Source: an uncultured Gemmatimonadales bacterium
GTDB lineage: Bacteria > Gemmatimonadota > Gemmatimonadetes > Gemmatimonadales > GWC2-71-9
Assembly: GCA_963846435.1 (NCBI GenBank)
Contig: CAWJVX010000001.1
Location: 6,992 to 70,991, forward strand
Direction of reading: 5' to 3'
DNA: 64,000 nucleotides
Under the pieces are notes generated by a model. It saw only the letters and a program-made list of their open reading frames with translations, had not been told where the DNA came from and did not search any database. Numbering within the stretch: position 1 is the stretch's first letter; each line of letters begins with the position of its first letter. Of the stretch, positions 60,546 through 64,000 are shown piece after piece. A program made the translations under genes and the position numbers.

Positions 60546-61463
60546 TCAGCCGCGGGGGTGGAATTGCTTGTGTACGGAGCGGAGGTATTCCCGGTCCACG
60601 TGGGTGTAGATCTGGGTGGTGGAGAGGTCGGCGTGTCCCAGCATCTCCTGCACCGCGCGGAGATCGGCTCCGCCCTCGAGCAGGTGAGTGGCGAAGGTGT
60701 GTCTCAATGTATGAGGGGTAACCCGCTTGGTTATTCCGGCGCGCTGGGTGGCGCGGCGAACCACACCCCACGCGCCCACCCGGGAAAGCGGCTCGCCTCG
60801 CGCATTGAGCAGGACCCTGTTCTTGCTCTTCCCGCGGTCGAGGACCGGCCGCATCTGGTGCAGGTACACCGAGGCGGCACCAATTACGCTCCGCCCGATG
60901 GGCACCAGCCGCTCCTTGCCGCCCTTACCGAAAATCCGCACCAGATTTTCCGTCAGGAGGAGATCGGTCAGGCCGAGGCCACAGAGCTCGGAGACTCGGA
61001 GCCCGGCTCCGTAGGCCAGCTCCAGAAGGGCGCGGTCTCGCCAGGCGAGCGGTTGCTCCAGATTGGGCGCGGCGAGCAGCCTCTCCACCTCCTGGACGCT
61101 CAACGTGTCGGGTAGCACCCGCCCCCGCCGAGGGCTCTCCAGCCGGTCGCTGGGATCTTCGCTGACTCGCCCTTCCCCGATCAGAAATCCGAAATAGGTC
61201 CGGATGGCCGAAACGCCGCGACGAATCGACGCCGGGCTCAGGCCGAGATCCTTCAGCAGATAGACGAAGTCGCGCAGCAGAGAGCGGGTAAGACGACCGG
61301 GGTCGCGCGCACCCCGGGCCACGGCGAATTCCCCCAGGCGCCGGAGGTCCCGCATATACGACTCAACGGTGTTGGCGCTGTGCCCCGCTTCGAGGGCCAG
61401 ATAATCACGGAAGCTTTCGAGCCAGAAATCCCGGTCGATCTGAGCCTTCAGCTCTCGAATCAC
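60546..61463 (-). CDS. xerD: Site-specific tyrosine recombinase XerD/XerC
   Basis: SANTVESYMRDLRRL, RDRALLELAYGAGLRVSEL, FGKGGKERLVP, HTLRHTFATHLLEGGADLRAVQEMLGHADLSTTQIYTHV. Confidence 0.9.
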   Translation of the reverse strand: MIRELKAQIDRDFWLESFRDYLALEAGHSANTVESYMRDLRRLGEFAVARGARDPGRLTRSLLRDFVYLLKDLGLSPASIRRGVSAIRTYFGFLIGEGRVSEDPSDRLESPRRGRVLPDTLSVQEVERLLAAPNLEQPLAWRDRALLELAYGAGLRVSELCGLGLTDLLLTENLVRIFGKGGKERLVPIGRSVIGAASVYLHQMRPVLDRGKSKNRVLLNARGEPLSRVGAWGVVRRATQRAGITKRVTPHTLRHTFATHLLEGGADLRAVQEMLGHADLSTTQIYTHVDREYLRSVHKQFHPRG

Positions 61464-62530
61464 GAGGGGTTCGGGGTCTGGAGTCTGGTCCGCGCCTCGA
61501 TCAGATCCTGCTTGTCGATGCCCAGCAGCTCTCCGGCGAGCAGCATGAGGCGCTCCTCATGGAGGCCAATGGCGCCGTCACTGAACGCCACCGTCCACAT
61601 CCGCTCGACCAGCGCCAGGCGCTCCTTCTGTCCGAACCGCTGGCCCAGGCGGCGGGCGTACTCGATGAAGCGGGTCTGGCGCTCCTGCTCGGCCTCCGGT
61701 GCCGGCGGACTCTCCGATGAGGCCAACCCCCATCGATCGCGCAGGTGGGAAGCGACGAGCTCCCTGTCCCCCGGGGTCAGGGCTTGATCCGCATAGGCCA
61801 GCTCCAGAACCAGCAGCGCCGCCGCCTGTCGAGCCGAGCCCTCCATGACTTCGGACCCGGCGAGGAACGACGGCCCTGCGGGGTCGAGCGCTTCCTCGGT
61901 CGCGTGCCACACCCGTTCTCGCTGCCGCCGCCGCCGCCGCAACAGGTACCAGACCAACCCAGCGGCCAGCACGAGAAGAGTAGCGATCCCAAGGGTGCGG
62001 TTGATCCCGGTGACGATCTGGTTGATACGCTCCCAATTCGAGCCGATCAGCGTCCCCAGAATGGTGATGCTGCCGTACCAGATGCCCGACGCGACCGCCA
62101 TCGGTATGAACGTTCGCATCGGGCTCAGGCCCACCAGACCGGCGAAGGGGGGTACAACGGCGCGGATGCCGGGAAGAAACCTGCTGACAAAGATTCCGGC
62201 GACGCCAAAACGGAGGTACTCCCGCTCGATCACGGCCAGCGATCGCGGCGCGAGCAACCGGCGGCCGACCTTGGTTGCGAAGAGGCGCCGCCCGTAACGC
62301 CGGGCGACGAAGTAGACCGCGACCGCTCCGGCAAGGTTTGACACCCAGGTAACGCCGAAGACACCGAGGGGCGTGGTTAGGCCCCGGTTGGTCAGGAACG
62401 CACCGAGCGCAACCGCGGCGTCGGACGGAACCGGCGGGATGACGTTCTCGACCGCTGCGAGCAGTGCGAGAACGGCGTAGACGGCGGCGGGCGGCAGTTG
62501 CGAGAGCCACGCCAGCAGCGATTCGATCAG
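61460..62530 (-). CDS. DedA-family membrane domain fused to a TerB-like C-terminal domain (probable non-ATG start)
   Basis: The ORF-track start 62344 is internal. The frame stays open upstream and reads LIESLLAWLSQLPPAAVYAVLALLAAVENVIPPVPSDAAVALGAFL, a typical DedA N-terminus. The only candidate start is a CTG overlapping the ispF stop (CTGA). C-terminal part: AALLVLELAYADQALTPGDRELV..LALVERMWTVAFSDGAIGLHEERLM. Confidence 0.65.
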   Translation of the reverse strand: MIESLLAWLSQLPPAAVYAVLALLAAVENVIPPVPSDAAVALGAFLTNRGLTTPLGVFGVTWVSNLAGAVAVYFVARRYGRRLFATKVGRRLLAPRSLAVIEREYLRFGVAGIFVSRFLPGIRAVVPPFAGLVGLSPMRTFIPMAVASGIWYGSITILGTLIGSNWERINQIVTGINRTLGIATLLVLAAGLVWYLLRRRRRQRERVWHATEEALDPAGPSFLAGSEVMEGSARQAAALLVLELAYADQALTPGDRELVASHLRDRWGLASSESPPAPEAEQERQTRFIEYARRLGQRFGQKERLALVERMWTVAFSDGAIGLHEERLMLLAGELLGIDKQDLIEARTRLQTPNPS

Positions 62531-63003
62531 CGCGCCTCCAGGGTGGCGACCGCGATGACCGCGATGCCTTCACCCCGGCCGATGAATCCCATTCCCTCGT
62601 TGGTCTTGGCCTTGAGACTCACGGAGCCCGGCCGGGCTCCCAGCCGCGCGGTCAGAGCCGCGGCCATGCTGCCGAGGTGAGGGCCGAGCTTCGGCTGCTC
62701 GGTGATGATCGTCAGATCGGCCTGAGCCAGCGCGTAGCCCCGTCGCCGTACCAACTCATGTGCGCTGCGCAACAGCTCCATCGAATCTGCGTCCTTCCAC
62801 TGTGGGTCGGTGTCGGGAAACAGCTGCCCGATGTCGCCGGCCGCCGCCGCCCCCAGGATGGCATCGGTCAGCGCGTGGGCGACGGCATCGGCGTCGGAGT
62901 GTCCCGCAAGGCCCCGCGCGTGGGGGATGGTCACCCCGCCAAGAATCAGCGGGCGGCCCTCAGCGAACCGGTGGGAGTCATAACCGATACCAACCCGGGT
63001 CAT
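62527..63003 (-). CDS. ispF: 2-C-methyl-D-erythritol 2,4-cyclodiphosphate synthase
   Basis: RVGIGYDSHRF, GHSDADAVAHAL. Confidence 0.95.
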   Translation of the reverse strand: MTRVGIGYDSHRFAEGRPLILGGVTIPHARGLAGHSDADAVAHALTDAILGAAAAGDIGQLFPDTDPQWKDADSMELLRSAHELVRRRGYALAQADLTIITEQPKLGPHLGSMAAALTARLGARPGSVSLKAKTNEGMGFIGRGEGIAVIAVATLEAR

Positions 63004-64000
63004 GCGGCCACGGTGGCCGGCTGGTCGATGATCGAGTAGTCCTGGCGCCGGCGCCGTACCTCGTACCCGGCATCGCGAATGGAGCGTTCCATCTCCTCGA
63101 TGCTGGCGCGGTGGGTGGTGCCAGCCGAGGAAACCACGTTTTCCTCCATCATCAGGCTGCCGAAGTCATTGGCCCCGAACCGGAGCGCAACCTGTCCCAC
63201 CTTGAGTCCCATGGTGACCCAGGACGATTGAAGGTTGGGGACGTTGTCGCAGATGATTCGCCCCATTGCCAGGGTCCGGAGGTACGCCACGGCGTCGGTC
63301 TTGGGCTGGGTGGCCATCTCGGTGCCTTCAGGCTGGAGCGGCCAACAGATGAAGGCGGTAAACCCACCGGTCCGGGCTTGCAGCTCGCGGACCCGCAACA
63401 GATGCTCGATTCGGTCGGCGTTGCTCTCCCCCAGACCGTACATCATCGTGACCGAGGTCTTCATTCCCTGCCGGTGCGCCTCCTCTTGCACCCCGAGCCA
63501 TTCCTCGGTCTGCGCCTTTTTCCGGGCAACCCGCTCTCGCACCGAGTCTACCAGGATCTCGCCTCCCCCTCCGGGAATGCTGTCGAGCCCAGCAGCCCGG
63601 AGCTCGCGCACCACCTCAGCCACCGGCAAACCAAAGCGCTGGCTGAAGAAAACCACTTCGGAGGGGGAGAAGCCGTGGATATGAATCGGGTGATGCTGCT
63701 TGATGTAGCGCATCAACTCGAGATACCACTCGAACGGGATGTAGGGGTTGTGCCCGCCCTGGAGCAGGATCTGCACCCCACCGATGGCCTTACACTCGTC
63801 GATCTTGGCGCCGATCTGCTCGAAGCTGAGAACGTATCCCTCGCTGTGCTTGGGCCGGCGGTAGAACGCGCAGAACTTACAATCGGCCACACAGACGTTG
63901 GTGTAATTGATGTTTCGGTCGATGATGTAGGTGACCACATTCTCCGGGTGCTGGCGCCACCGCTCGTCGTCGGCCAGCTGGCCCAGCTCCAGCAGGCTGG
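63000..64000 (-). CDS. Futalosine-pathway radical SAM enzyme (MqnC/MqnE/CofH family), 5' end beyond window
   Basis: VTYIIDRNINYTNVCVADCKFCAFYRRP, ILLQGGHNP, LDSIPGGGGEIL, TVTMMYG, GGFTAFICWP. The frame remains open to position 64000. Confidence 0.85.
   Translation of the reverse strand, partial: SLLELGQLADDERWRQHPENVVTYIIDRNINYTNVCVADCKFCAFYRRPKHSEGYVLSFEQIGAKIDECKAIGGVQILLQGGHNPYIPFEWYLELMRYIKQHHPIHIHGFSPSEVVFFSQRFGLPVAEVVRELRAAGLDSIPGGGGEILVDSVRERVARKKAQTEEWLGVQEEAHRQGMKTSVTMMYGLGESNADRIEHLLRVRELQARTGGFTAFICWPLQPEGTEMATQPKTDAVAYLRTLAMGRIICDNVPNLQSSWVTMGLKVGQVALRFGANDFGSLMMEENVVSSAGTTHRASIEEMERSIRDAGYEVRRRRQDYSIIDQPATVAA

Noticed and set aside
60546-61463. The tyrosine recombinase as a mobile-element integrase associated with the adjacent GxxExxY element.
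   Set aside because: It shows full XerD-type motifs and length, sits among housekeeping genes (ispF, the DedA fusion), and there are no attachment-site repeats. Adjacency is most simply coincidental.

Overview
64-kb high-GC window, annotated by eye from the ORF track and motif recollection only (no searches run). It appears to be three blocks. (A) 1-11563 is a decaying accessory-like stretch: an IS5/IS1182 transposase remnant, a Bug/TctC binding protein, frameshifted ABC-binding-protein and sulfite-dehydrogenase-like pseudogenes, an M24 peptidase, two dehydrogenases, a GlcG-like protein, livH and a 3'-truncated livM. (B) About 11575-12765 is a very GC-rich patch of heavily frameshifted fragments (O-methyltransferase, possible alpha/beta hydrolase). 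It abuts a 5'-truncated methyltransferase, so it is either an assembly chimera or a recombination scar. (C) About 12765-64000 is a housekeeping core of a high-GC diderm, possibly Gemmatimonadota-like (unverified). The plus-strand run is bshC, murJ, uvrC, larC, phhA, tRNA-Gly, a glyoxal-oxidase-like lipoprotein, DUF512-der-plsY-gpsA, surE, pcm, dedA, acyP, apt and tRNA-Arg. A 23-kb, 22-gene minus-strand array then links kdsB-pyrG-kdsA-kdsC-kdsD-lptC-lptA-lptB-rpoN to an envelope-glycan cluster and dapF. That cluster holds two polyprenyl-P-sugar synthases, YfhO, an MprF-flippase-like protein, a CE4-like deacetylase, an LbH acetyltransferase, a FemAB-like enzyme, two GT4s and a YVTN lipoprotein. 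The window ends with an ABC exporter module, xerD, a DedA-TerB fusion, ispF and an mqnC/E-like gene. The most unusual signal is a family of at least 8-9 hairpin elements made of inverted arrays of 7-9 nt tandem repeats, each copy with a different unit. They sit flush against start/stop codons, or in frame inside rpoN, and they contribute N- or C-termini to MerR, LptC and LptA. One copy carries a decayed GxxExxY (PD-(D/E)xK-like) gene that starts inside its arm. Other points are an N-terminal extension on LptB, an oversized LptA, a FemAB/deacetylase/flippase-like trio, and about 7 single-nucleotide frame breaks in conserved genes, probably assembly indels. No CRISPR array, recognisable defence system or prophage was found.
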